A program made the translations under genes and the position numbers. Below the pieces are notes generated by a model that had not been told where the DNA came from, searched no databases, and saw only the letters and a program-made list of their open reading frames with translations. Source: Octopus bimaculoides (Eukaryota). Taken from it: a stretch of 34,745 nt of DNA. The DNA is taken from assembly GCF_001194135.2 (NCBI RefSeq), contig NC_068981.1:125826110-125860854 (forward strand). Direction: 5' to 3'. Positions 13,541 to 24,431 of this stretch are shown here, one piece after another (position 1 is the first letter of the stretch; the number at the start of each line of letters is the position of its first letter).

Positions 13541-14693
13541 GTATGTGCTACCATATGGTTTTCATTTTCACATTATACATGCTTTGACATTACTGGGCTC
13601 TTTAATGTTCTATAATTCTTATGTCTATGGTTATCCTGTTTGCTTTTGATATGTCTTGCAACAAGTGCTTTGGGATATACATGCTCATACACATACATGA
13701 ATGTATGGTGGAAGTTAACTAATGACTGACTCAGACCACTTACTTATCTCAGTAAGTCCATATAAGTGTTCCAAAATTCCAAGAAATTCTTTTGTTTGAA
13801 TTTGTTATGAGTGGATAAAGTGTTGTACTGAACCCGCTTTTCAGTGTAATCAATTATAGATCCAGCCACACCACAAAGGTTAAGATGACCAGAAACCATC
13901 TGTACTTTAATTTTTTTAATACTAGCTATAGAGCGAGATACACACACTCACATATAAGCATGAATGTAGGTAGACATTTATATATATAAGCATGAATATA
14001 GGTAGACATATAGTCTATAGTAAATTCATATATGCATATATACATATATTCATTCACTATAGATTATCAAAATCTGCATGGTAGAGGGCTCAGAGTTAAT
14101 CTTGCCTGCACTATCTTTGATTTATTGCACTTTCTAAAGTCAGGCTTTTCAGTTATGAAAGTTCAGATATTGAATAGCTTTGACAGCTCTGACAAAGCAC
14201 TGCTGTTCTTTACACCCAAAGACGTGCTCATCTACTGCTTGACTGATGAATGTTCAAGTTAGAGCTGCTGCTGGTAAGATCCTCTACAAAACTGTGCTAC
14301 ATTTGCTACAACAAATTTTTAAAATCAGGGCTAATTAATCATCTGAGGGGGCCCATGTTAGAAATATGATCAAACGTGTTTCAAATATGTGTCCAGTAAG
14401 AAATTGGCTATGCATGAAGTTGTGTTGAAAACTACAATACATGATGCATGAATGCTTTCATGTATGCATGCATGTGTGTGCTTGTATACACACACACACA
14501 CATGCCTGTTGGTATATGACTATCTGAATAAGTTTATAGAATGTTAGGTTATTATCTGCAAAATTAACAATTCCATTAGTCACAAAATTTTTTCATTGAG
14601 ACCAGGTGGCATATATATGCTCACATTGGTGTGTTATTGTTTCTTTTTGCTACTAAGTTAATACATATGCACATTCTTCACATTGTATTTGTG

Positions 14694-14734
<41 letters not shown>

Positions 14735-14744
14735 NNNNNNNNNN

Positions 14745-14782
<38 letters not shown>

Positions 14783-14897
14783 CATACATCATATCTGTAT
14801 GTGTATGCAAACACTTATTTAAGATTTTCTTTGTGCCCTTGCCATCCTGTTCTGTTGTTAGGAGGTGGCACCTCTGTTGGTGTAGAAGATGATAGGA

Positions 14898-15287
14898 GAG
14901 TTTGACTACCTTGACAAATTCATAACCATGGTGCAACAGTTTCCTGATGGCATACTCACTTGAGTACTGGACAGTGGAGATTCTTCTGATGCATTCTCAG
15001 TCACTAATAGAGTCAAGCAAGGCTGTGTACTTGCACCTACACTGTTCAGCATGTCTTTCTCAGACATGCTATCTGATGCATTCTGCAACAATGGCAAAAC
15101 CAGCATCAAGATCAGATTCAGGACTGATGGCAGACTCTTCAACCAGTGGAAGCTACAGGCCAGGACCAAGGTAAAAGAGGACTCAGTTTACAGATGAGTG
15201 CACACTCAACGCTGCCACAGAAGCCCAGATGCAGCAGAGCATGAACTGCTTTTCCACAGCCTGCAATAACTTTGGCCTCACAATCGG
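14898..15287 (+). mobile_element. RTE (BovB-like) reverse transcriptase fragment, pseudogenised
   Basis: Reads DKFITMVQQFPDG..*VLDSGDSSDAFSVTNRVKQGCVLAPTLFSMSFSDMLSDAF...IKIRFRTDGRLFNQWKLQARTKV, then a frameshift into DECTLNAATEAQMQQSMNCFSTACNNFGLTI. The (L/F)FADD motif is largely deleted. Confidence 0.85.
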
Positions 15288-15995
15288 TAGATATAATGTA
15301 ATGAGAACAAATATATGTATATATATANNNNNNNNNNNNNNNNNNNNNNNNNNNNNNNNNNNNNNNNNNNNNNNNNNNNNNNNNNNNNNNNNNNNNNNNN
15401 NNNNNNNNNNNNNNNNNNNNNNNNNNNNNNNNNNNNNNNNNNNNNNNNNNNNNNNNNNNNNNNNNNNNNNNNNNNNNNNNNNNNNNNNNNNNNNNNNNNN
15501 NNNNNNNNNNNNNNNNNNNNNNNNNNNNNNNNNNNNNNNNNNNNNNNNNNNNNNNNNNNNNNNNNNNNNNNNNNNNNNNNNNNNNNNNNNNNNNNNNNNN
15601 NNNNNNNNNNNNNNNNNNNNNNNNNNNNNNNNNNNNNNNNNNNNNNNNNNNNNNNNNNNNNNNNNNNNNNNNNNNNNNNNNNNNNNNNNNNNNNNNNNNN
15701 NNNNNNNNNNNNNNNNNNNNNNNNNNNNNNNNNNNNNNNNNNNNNNNNNNNNNNNNNNNNNNNNNNNNNNNNNNNNNNNNNNNNNNNNNNNNNNNNNNNN
15801 NNNNNNNNNNNNNNNNNNNNNNNNNNNNNNNNNNNNNNNNNNNNNNNNNNNNNNNNNNNNNNNNNNNNNNNNNNNNNNNNNNNNNNNNNNNNNNNNNNNN
15901 NNNNNNNNNNNNNNNNNNNNNNNNNNNNNNNNNNNNNNNNNNNNNNNNNNNNNNNNNNNNNNNNGTTTTGGAAATTCCTTGATACAGTTATAATA

Positions 15996-16220
15996 TTTGG
16001 AGAGAAGATTTTTTCTCAAAGAGTTAAGATTGAGAAAAGAATCTTGTTAGAAAGTCAAAAGACACTAACCTTTGGGAAGAAATTTCAAAAAATGTGTGTA
16101 GGGTTTGCTTTTATAAAAGCACATTTTGTGAAATCTCTTCCTAAAGGTTAGTGTCTTTTGACTTTCTAAAAAGGTTCTTTTCTCAATCTTAACTCTTTGA
16201 GAAAAAAACTTCTCTCCAAA
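15996..16220. repeat. Long near-perfect inverted repeat (101-bp arms, 6 mismatches)
   Basis: 15996-16096 is the reverse complement of 16120-16220, aligned by hand. The spacer is tgtagggtttg plus the self-palindrome cttttataaaag. Confidence 0.95.
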
Positions 16221-16608
16221 GGTGCAGGGGCAGATTTGTGGTAAGTAGCCTGCTTATCAACCACAAGGTTTCAGGTTCAGTCCCACTGCATGGCACCTTG
16301 GGCAAGTGTCTTCTATTATTGCCTCGGGCTGACCAAAGCTTTGTGAGTGGATTTGGTAGATAGAATCTGAAAGATGCCTGTCGTATATATATATGTGTGT
16401 TTGTGTGTCTGTGTTTATTCCTCCAACATCGCTTGACAACTGATGCTGGTGTGTTTACATCCCTATAACTTAACGGTTCAACAAAAGTGACCAATAGAAT
16501 AAGTATGAGGCTTACAAAGAATAAATCCTGGGGTCGATTTGCTCAACAAAAGGTGGTGCCCCAGCATGGCCACAGTCAAATGACTGAAACAAGTAAAAGA
16601 ATAAAAGA
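16221..16608 (+). mobile_element. tRNA-derived SINE, near full length
   Basis: A-box-like gtggtaag, B-box-like ggttcagtccc, CORE-like ccttgggcaagtgtctt, an internal (TA)/(TG) tract and an A-rich 3' end. Related reverse copies occur at 4466, 19218 and 34408. Confidence 0.75.
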
Positions 16609-16941
16609 AATATATATGTGTATATATATTGTGTCCTTCCTTTTTTAAAGGTAGTAGGGTGTAATTTGAGAATATTTGATTGTTATTTTAAATAGGCCTG
16701 ATGATCACTGAAAGACTAACAAATTGTTAGCTTGTATTGAGAATCAGATGTTGGCCTATGTATATGTTTGGGGAAAACTTTACAGTGGTGTAGCTTTTAT
16801 TCTATATCAAAACCAATCTTTTAATATGCATTTGTGGTAAGTTTATTCATTTTCATTTCCTTTTGTTAACAAATTTTAATTTTTTTTTCCTACACAATTA
16901 TGAATCTGTTTCATGTATTTTATATTTTCTTTTTCTTTTAG

Positions 16942-17035
16942 GTTTACGGATTAGGATTTTCAATTTGGTTATCAAAGTATTAACATGCGTCTTATATGTA
17001 GTGCGAGTAATTACAAATGGACAGTCTTCTTACGG
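16942..17035 (+). CDS. Slo2: Internal coding exon of a Slo2/KCNT (potassium channel subfamily T) gene, S1 transmembrane segment
   Basis: A pyrimidine tract ending ttttag precedes 16942 and a gtaagt donor starts at 17036. The exon reads gt + 30 codons + gg = (S)LRIRIFNLVIKVLTCVLYVVRVITNGQSSY(G). This matches the KCNT1/2 motif [23 protein letters not shown], recalled from the family rather than searched. Confidence 0.9.
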
Positions 17036-17176
17036 GTAAGTATGCTGAAATATTATCTTTGAATTTAACTTCATTCTTATGGAAAATCTAACTCTTAATT
17101 ATTATAATTTGTATGTAATAGGCATACAAAGTTTAATCATTTTCTCTTGATACACGCATTCTCCATGTTAATTATA

Positions 17177-17210
<34 letters not shown>

Positions 17211-17798
17211 GATTGGGGAATTTTCATATAATTTTATTAGCAAAAAATAGTATATATTGTTTTTTGTTTTCTAAAATTATTATTTAATTTAAGGAAGATA
17301 GTTTAATCTTTGCTTAATAATTGCCAGGGCAGAATTTAACTTTGTATTGTCTAATATTACTTTAAAAAAACACTTCTAAATAATTGAATTCCTCTTTAGA
17401 ATTCCAGATTGCTGTATCATTGTAAATTGCATTATATTAAGTTGAATTAGATATCATTATACACATACACTTTCATACACATGCAATTTGCAGTACATTG
17501 CAGCAGTAAATTCCTAGCAAATTGAATCTTAGGCTTAGTTTCAACTCCTAGCCAGAAGGTCTTCATTTACGTTGTTTATGCAGTTGCTTAATGCATGGTA
17601 GCCACAAATTCCATTTGCCTTCTTAAAAAGTAAGGCAAGATACTTACGTAATAAAACAGTTGTATTTTGTATTTATTCATTTGGTTATACTAAAATTTTG
17701 ATTCCAACACTAAAGTAACTTTGGGTTGACCAATACCTTGTAGATGAAATTTGGAAGACAAAAAGAAAAGACATACAGAAGCCCATCACAAATGAGTG

Positions 17799-17839
<41 letters not shown>

Positions 17840-17944
17840 TTGTGTGTGTGTGCGCGCGCATATGTGTGTGGATATATCTTCACATTTGTACTACTTGGGT
17901 GGTTCTGATGCTGTTTTCATCCTGCAAAGTGAAAACTCACCAAT

Positions 17945-17956
17945 TTTTCGATGTTG

Positions 17957-18007
<51 letters not shown>

Positions 18008-18497
18008 TCACTGCTTGGAATCGAACTTGGAATCTTGGGGTTAGTAGCCCATGCTCTTAACCATTATGTCATATGCCTGTGGGCAATTATGGAGTGAATT
18101 TTAGGGCTTATAAATCTAATATTTTCCTATCCTTCCTTAATACCGGTTCCCATATGCTATTCATATCTGCATTTGGTCTGCTTAGGAGGTTGTTGTGTCC
18201 CAGCATATGTGCTGCTTCTTTTAGTTTTCATATTTCCCAGTGGTGTTCTCTGTCTATTATTTTAACTTCATCCCACAGGGAGAGGTGGTCTCCATTTTTC
18301 CATACATGATTAGCTCTACCCGATTTATTAATATCTCCTCATGTCACACTTTTGCAATGTTCGTCTACCCTTATTTTGAGTAGGAGAGCATGTTTCACCT
18401 TTGTGAAACACAACTACAAAGGATGGAGTATATGCAGTCTTTGGTCATATTCTCTTCTATTGGTGGTTTTACTCAAAGGAGATACTTGTGAAGTATT
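17945..18497 (-). mobile_element. Penelope-like element fragment, left (inverted) copy: GIY-YIG endonuclease C-terminal region, tRNA-like module and (AAT)n
   Basis: Minus strand reads VKPPIEENMTKDCIYSILCSC..KGET..LKIRVDEH..KSGRANHVWKNGDHLSLWDEVKIIDREHHWEI*KLKEAAHML..LLSRPNADMNSIWEPVL. These are Penelope GIY-YIG motifs. Confidence 0.8.
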
Positions 18498-18498
18498 G

Positions 18499-19125
18499 GA
18501 GTAAAATCACCAATAGAAAAGAATATGACCAACATGACCCCCCCCCTCAAAATAAGGGTAGACAAACATCGCAAAGCTGTGACATGAGGAGATATTGATA
18601 AATCGGGTATAGCTGATTATGTATGGAAAAATGGAGACCACCTCTTCCTGTGGGATGAAGTTAAAATAATAGACAGAGAACACCACTGTAAAATATGAAA
18701 ACTAAAAGAAGCAGCACATATGCTAGAACACAACAACCTCTTAAGCAGACCGAGTACAGATATAGGTAGCGTATGGGAACCGGTATTAAGGAAGGATAAG
18801 AAAATAATAGATTTATAAGCCCTAAAATTTACTCTATAATTACCCACGTGCATACGGCATAGTGGTTAAGAGCGCAGGCTATTAACCCCAAGATTCCAAG
18901 TTTGATTCCAAGCAGTGACCTGAATAATAATAATAATAATAATAATAACAACAACATTGAATAATACCTTAGGAATGAGAACCCAGGTTCGAAATTTCCC
19001 CAAGACACCTGATGAAGGCTGGAGGGTATATCAGCTGAAACGTTGTGTTAACAACAAACAAGATGACAAATATCCATCAAATGTAAATAATGTTCATAAT
19101 TCCTCATCTCTTAAATATAGAACTG
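18499..19125 (+). mobile_element. Penelope-like element fragment, right copy (pLTR with hammerhead)
   Basis: Reads PLKIRVDKHRKAVT*GDIDKSGIADYVWKNGDHLFLWDEVKIIDREHHCKI*KLKEAAHML. It is the reverse complement of 17945-18497 at roughly 90% identity by eye, and continues through the tRNA-like module and (AAT)n to a hammerhead motif. Confidence 0.8.
19004..19049 (+). ncRNA. Minimal type I hammerhead ribozyme of the Penelope-associated class
   Basis: Sequence is GACAC-CUGAUGA-A-GGCUG-GAGGGUAUAU-CAGCU-GAAA-CGUU^GUGUU. Stem I is GACAC/GUGUU, stem II is GGCUG/CAGCU, and stem III is the palindromic ACGU. Predicted cleavage is after 19044. Confidence 0.8.
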
Positions 19126-19217
19126 TATAAGATTTGGTATCAAGAATGAGTGCCCAGTTGTGGAATACTGTCTCAAGAAGTTTCATCCAACCCAGGCCAA
19201 CATTAAAAAAATGAAAA

Positions 19218-19372
19218 GATGACATGTATATGTATATAGCAGGCTTCCACACAATTTCTACCAAATATTCACACTGTATTGATCAACCCAAGATTACAGT
19301 AGAAGCACTTACCTAAGGCCTCAGCATTAGGATTAGTTGGGAACCATATGGCTTCTTACTCACACAGTCATG
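19218..19372 (-). mobile_element. Degenerate SINE, same family as 16221
   Basis: caggcttcc..tctaccaaat..gtagaagcacttacctaagg aligns loosely to the reverse complement of 16230-16385. Confidence 0.55.
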
Positions 19373-19599
19373 ATAGATATTTGACCCCTAAACCTCTCAC
19401 CCATAATTAATCTTCATTAACCAACTGTCTATTTAAAAACTTACCTATGAACTCCTCGACCTTCTAGAAATAGCAGCCTTATTTTCCCCAAATTAGACCT
19501 ATCATAATAAAAAGAGAAGGCTGTTATGTAATGTAATCATAGATATGTGTAAAAAGTTGGAATGGTCATGGCTGGAATACTTTTGAGCATAATCTGCTG

Positions 19600-20200
19600 A
19601 ATTAGTATTGAAAATTAATGACAACTTATTAGATTTAACTCATTATAAGCTAAAGTCTTACAACAGCCATTTGGGAATCCTCATCTATTCTAAACTCTAA
19701 AGAAGTTTTCTATCCACTCCTTAGTATTTACTAATGTTGTGAGGAAGATGCCCCTTCCTGAAGAATTTTTAAACATATCCACTCTTATTTCTATGAAGGT
19801 TTTCTTTTTGCTGCTTTCATCCTAATCTCAAAACTCAGTTTCATGATTAGATTCGTCACCAGGGTTGAACATTTAATTCAGAGTCTCTTTTTCAGTCTGG
19901 ATAAAATAATTTTGGCTCACAAATTGATCAGGTGATGGGCTAGTTTCCCAGGGTCATGAATGAATCAACTTCTTAGAAGTTAAAAAATATTAAGCAATTT
20001 TTTTTCAACTATAATCTCAGTTATCCACACACACTTAGGTGGATATTAAAGTCCCCACCACATTTACAAAATTTCTGAAATCTATATTTGCACTAGTTTC
20101 ATAAGGTTTCATAGAACTGGTCCCTCTCAATATAAATAGTGTTTTACTGAGCATTGGACATATGCAGTGAGTACAATGGCCATCATGGTCACAGTTGTTT
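19600..20200 (-). mobile_element. Degenerate APE-endonuclease region of a LINE, probably RTE
   Basis: Minus strand gives VLTAYVQ...ERDQFYETL...GGDFNIHL (+ strand 20036-20060), resembling the SAYAPQ / FY..L / GDFNAH motifs of LINE endonucleases. Many stops and frameshifts. Confidence 0.5.
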
Positions 20201-21191
20201 CAAACGTATTATTATATCATTCATTCTAACTACATCAGTTACACAATGTGTTCTCTTTTCTCTGAAAAGTATACTAACATCTCCAGCTCCAGATTATTTC
20301 AGATCCAATTCCTACTTGTAATTTAAATAAAAAATCCTTTTGAAGAATTAACATCACAAGTGCAAATGTTTCCAATGATGGTATTCCTAGGTCATTTACC
20401 TATTTATTTGTTTCCCATCATGATTAATAGTGTATGAAATGTTTCTATTTCCCCAAGTGATTTTGAAATTCTGTGATGAGAACTATAAATCATTGGATCA
20501 TATGTGTGACTGATAACTTTAAAAGAGTTTTTCCTCCATTTAATGAAGCATAAAATATTCTGCCATTACTGCTAAAGTGAATATCCAGTTCTAAAACGGG
20601 CTATAAATATCACAAACTCTAACCTATAGTTTGTAGAATATTTTTGTTGGATTTTAGGTTGTTTTTTGTTTTGTTTTGTTTTTCACTACTTTATATCTAT
20701 TTTTCTGTGTTTGCCTTTGTGGGCAAGTTCTGAAAATTTAGATTTTTATGTCTTTTCTACCCTTAGCCACTATGAAATGGAAGTGGTATTTCATTTCAGC
20801 TGATTCCCACTTTTGAATATTGTTATCATGTTAACCATCTTTTTAATTGTATTAAGTAATATTATGTCTATATATATTATATCAATTTCATAGAGAATAC
20901 ACCTATTACATAAATATTAATTATATGAAACTATGAAAGGCGATGAAAACATTCTAAGCATAATTTAATACGTAAAATATCTGCAAAAGAGAGCAGCCTT
21001 CATTCTTTTTGGTATTAACCCTACAAATTAATATGGCCTATGATATTCCTAAAGCTTTTTCATACCGACAGAAAGTAGTCTTGTTCATGTAAATATTCTT
21101 ATCTGGTTGATTCAATCTTTTTACCACTTTTTTACATTCCACTAAGACAAACTTCAAATCAAACTTAGTTGGCATATAGATATTCTTTTAA

Positions 21192-21411
21192 CTCTTTAGC
21201 ATTCAAACTAGCCATATTAGGTCCAAATGTTAAACCTCTTTTTCATTCAGACTGGCCAGATCAGGTCTCTCACATCTACCTTACAATGACATTCTAGAAA
21301 TAAACAACCACATCATTGAAATCTCAGAGCTATGAGTTAATGAGTGACTACTTCAAAACAATGTGAATAAATAGGCATTACATTTGACAGAGTAACTTGA
21401 AAGCTAAAGGG
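21192..21411. mobile_element. Non-autonomous piggyBac-type MITE
   Basis: Flanked by TTAA at 21188-21191 and 21412-21415. Termini ctctttagcattcaa and ttgaaagctaaaggg are inverted repeats matching at 13 of 15 positions. Confidence 0.7.
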
Positions 21412-23136
21412 TTAAAGAATATATAGCATGAATTATAATTTTGAATTAAAGTCAAAGTTACTTCTGTATTATAAAATTTCTAAATACAAAGAGTATATTG
21501 TAAAGAGGATTCTTTAGTACAAACATGATGACAAATCAGTATAAAAATGGTTTGCTATACAATGTGATATTCAATTTATGTTTATTCATATAAATTATGC
21601 CAATGGTTTTTGGAGTATAAGATTGTGATCTTAATTCTTTTTATGATGAAGAACTCAGAAGAATCTTGTGTTTTATTACTGCTTGAACTCAAGATTATAG
21701 TCATGAAAGTTTATATCTACTTTTTTTGTAAACCTGAAAATTTTGCTTAAAATTCTCTGTTAACTTAACCAAGCTTCAAACTTTCTTCCAAATATTTGGT
21801 TTATGTGTCAGTCTTTATTCATATTTAAATGCAGAGGAAAACAGAGTCAACTAATTTCCTGTATGTTTTCTGTTTGATAGATTGTCAGATTAAAATTATC
21901 TCTTTGACCTTGGTATATTTTTTTTATATATAAATAAAATTAAGGGTGTCTGTCGCTTAACTTAGAAGTTTCTTTAGTGAAAAACAATGCCAAACTTCTA
22001 TTTCAATATTAGAAATTTTTAACTTCTATGATTTTTGTTTTCATATTAACTATCACATCCCCAAACCAGAGAGATATATATACAATTCTTGATCATGAAC
22101 AGGAAAAACTTTTCCTCAAATAGTGTCATAAATTCAGAGTGAAAGGGCACATTTCTACTTCATTGCACTTGTACCTTATAAAGATAGTGTAAGAATCTGT
22201 GCTTGAGGCACATTATTAGTCACTCAAGTTCAATTAATTGCCAAATATAGTGGAAAAATATAAGTAAAAGCCACAAGCTACATTAAAAAGTTACAAATGA
22301 TATCAAGCTCACATTAGTATCATCACATTGTAAGACATATGTGTTATATATTTTCAACTTCAATATTTTTGTCTATTTTGTTGAAAAGTTTATCTCTTAC
22401 TAAACTTTTCATCATCATATTTTGATTACAAGTCAGACTGATTACATTATATTAAAGAAGTCATTCTTTTTATTTTTCTTCCTTTTAGCAATGTGAAATA
22501 GTCTAGATTTCTTGACTAAAATTCATATTGTTAATGTTTAGTACCTGTTTTATTACTATTTGATATAAAAGTACTTAAGGGTTATTAGAGAACTACAATT
22601 CAATTTTTTACCCAGATCTACTCATCCTTTTGTCTTACTAATAGTTATTTGTCAACAGACTGCCAACAGCTTACCAAAAATAGATATTTTTCTAGCTGTT
22701 AATTTTTATATTACTTTATATAAATTTAGTAATATAATTAATTTTTATATTACTCAATATTAATTTAGTGATCTTTTACTTATTCATTATGATTTATTTA
22801 CTTTTTGAAATTATTGTTTGTAATTTTAATATAGAATATATATTATTTGTTTATTAACAGGGATACAATGAAATATACAAGATATATTTATATGTGTGTG
22901 TTTGAATTGCTTAAATTGTTTTTAAAATTATTTTCAGCTTTTCAAAAAAATGTTTTATGAAAAATTTAATAATACTATTCCTGAAATATATTTTTTTATC
23001 ATCTCATTTTCTGCCAAAAATCAAATGTAGACGGATAACATCAAATATTACATTTTTCACATTCATGCAAAAAAAAAAAAGCACCAAATATATAAGAATA
23101 TTCTAAATTATATTATACTTTTTTTTATTTGTTTAG

Positions 23137-23211
23137 CCAATGCAGTACTGAGTCTGATGTTGGTTGGTCATCTAATTCCTCTGACATAGACAGCCTAACC
23201 ATAGGGCCCAG
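23137..23211 (+). CDS. Candidate next exon of the Slo2/KCNT gene (S1-S2 extracellular loop), 75 nt, phase 2-2
   Basis: Strong acceptor (ttttttttatttgtttag) and CAG|gtataa donor. It begins with 1 nt, completing GG|C = Gly from the upstream exon, then reads QCSTESDVGWSSNSSDIDSLTIGP+ag with no stop. It is GC-richer than its flanks and contains an N-S-S sequon. No homology could be confirmed. Confidence 0.5.
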
Positions 23212-23984
23212 GTATAATAAGCATGAATAGTTGATATATCTAACACATTTTTATTTCAAAAGTTTTGGCATTATTCTGGGACTATGGTTCTTTCTTGAAT
23301 TCATTTCTAACAAGTTTCTTGTGAAGGCTTACTAGATCATTAAATAATCTCTAATGTCTACTTTCATATCTTTGTCCCAATGATCTACTCAACTCTTTAG
23401 CAAACAAAATAAATTTCCTGATTACTTATTACTATAACATATTTTTTTAACTTGTTATAACTAGGATTTTTTCTTTTTATTGTAAATGGAAAATAAAAAC
23501 AATATTAGCTGAAACAAGTATTCATTAATATTGAAAATTAATTTTTTCAAATTATATACTTCTTAAATATATAAGTGTAGTATTTCTTGTTAGCAAAACA
23601 ATTGATTGCATGTATTAATACAGTCTGTATGAACTTACCAGTAACATATGTTTACTACAAAATAATAATACTCAAGAAACTTTGTTTTAAAAATTGAATA
23701 AATGTCAGTTTGTAGACAAAGTTATACATGCATAAATTAAATATACACATCCATGAATTGTGATGATATTGCGTAAATCTCATTCTAAGCCAGTATTCTA
23801 GCTTAGTTTGCATTATTAGAATTATTCTAATGATATTTAGATGAATAAACAATATAGGAGATAAATCATGCCTGACATTGCTTGGGCCCTCAATTCCTGA
23901 TAGAGTTGTAGAGGTGTCACCATAGCAGACACTGTGACTGAAGCATTTTTAAGCCTAAAAGAGCCAACCCTTCTCCAGAATAAA

Positions 23985-24171
23985 CTATATAAATATGTGT
24001 ATGTGCATATGTGTGTGTGTAAATGTGTGTGTGTGTGTGTGTATGTATATATATGTGTATGTATGTATATACATGTGTATGTATATATTTGTGTGCATGT
24101 ATATATATATATGTGTGTATGCATATATATGTATGTATATGTATGTGTTTATGTATATATGTGTGTATATG

Positions 24172-24235
<64 letters not shown>

Positions 24236-24392
24236 GAGAGAGAGAGAGAGAGATAAAGATAGATATGGTTGGTTTATGGGGTTACCCTGGGTTTCACGTC
24301 CATAAAGGGCTTAGCTTTACACCATTTCTTCAGACCCTAAAACCCTTTGGCCTATGGCCAAAGATATATATGTATACATATATATATATGTG

Positions 24393-24431
<39 letters not shown>

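Noticed and set aside
13955-14012. Two-copy ~30-bp tandem repeat; similar short duplications at about 3335-3365 and 10190-10216
   Set aside because: Simple slippage duplications with no spacer structure; not CRISPR-like.
16695-16725. ctgatga-tcact-gaaa hammerhead-like core
   Set aside because: No stem II or stem I pairing is possible, and it lies in an unrelated short repeat.
18004-18070. Possible tRNA gene (and its mate at 18856-18922)
   Set aside because: A and B boxes are present but no acceptor stem closes; it is a repeat-embedded tRNA-derived module.
18073-18853. Twin 78-aa ORFs at 18073-18309 (+) and 18617-18853 (-)
   Set aside because: They are antisense to the Penelope GIY-YIG frame and only reflect the inverted repeat.
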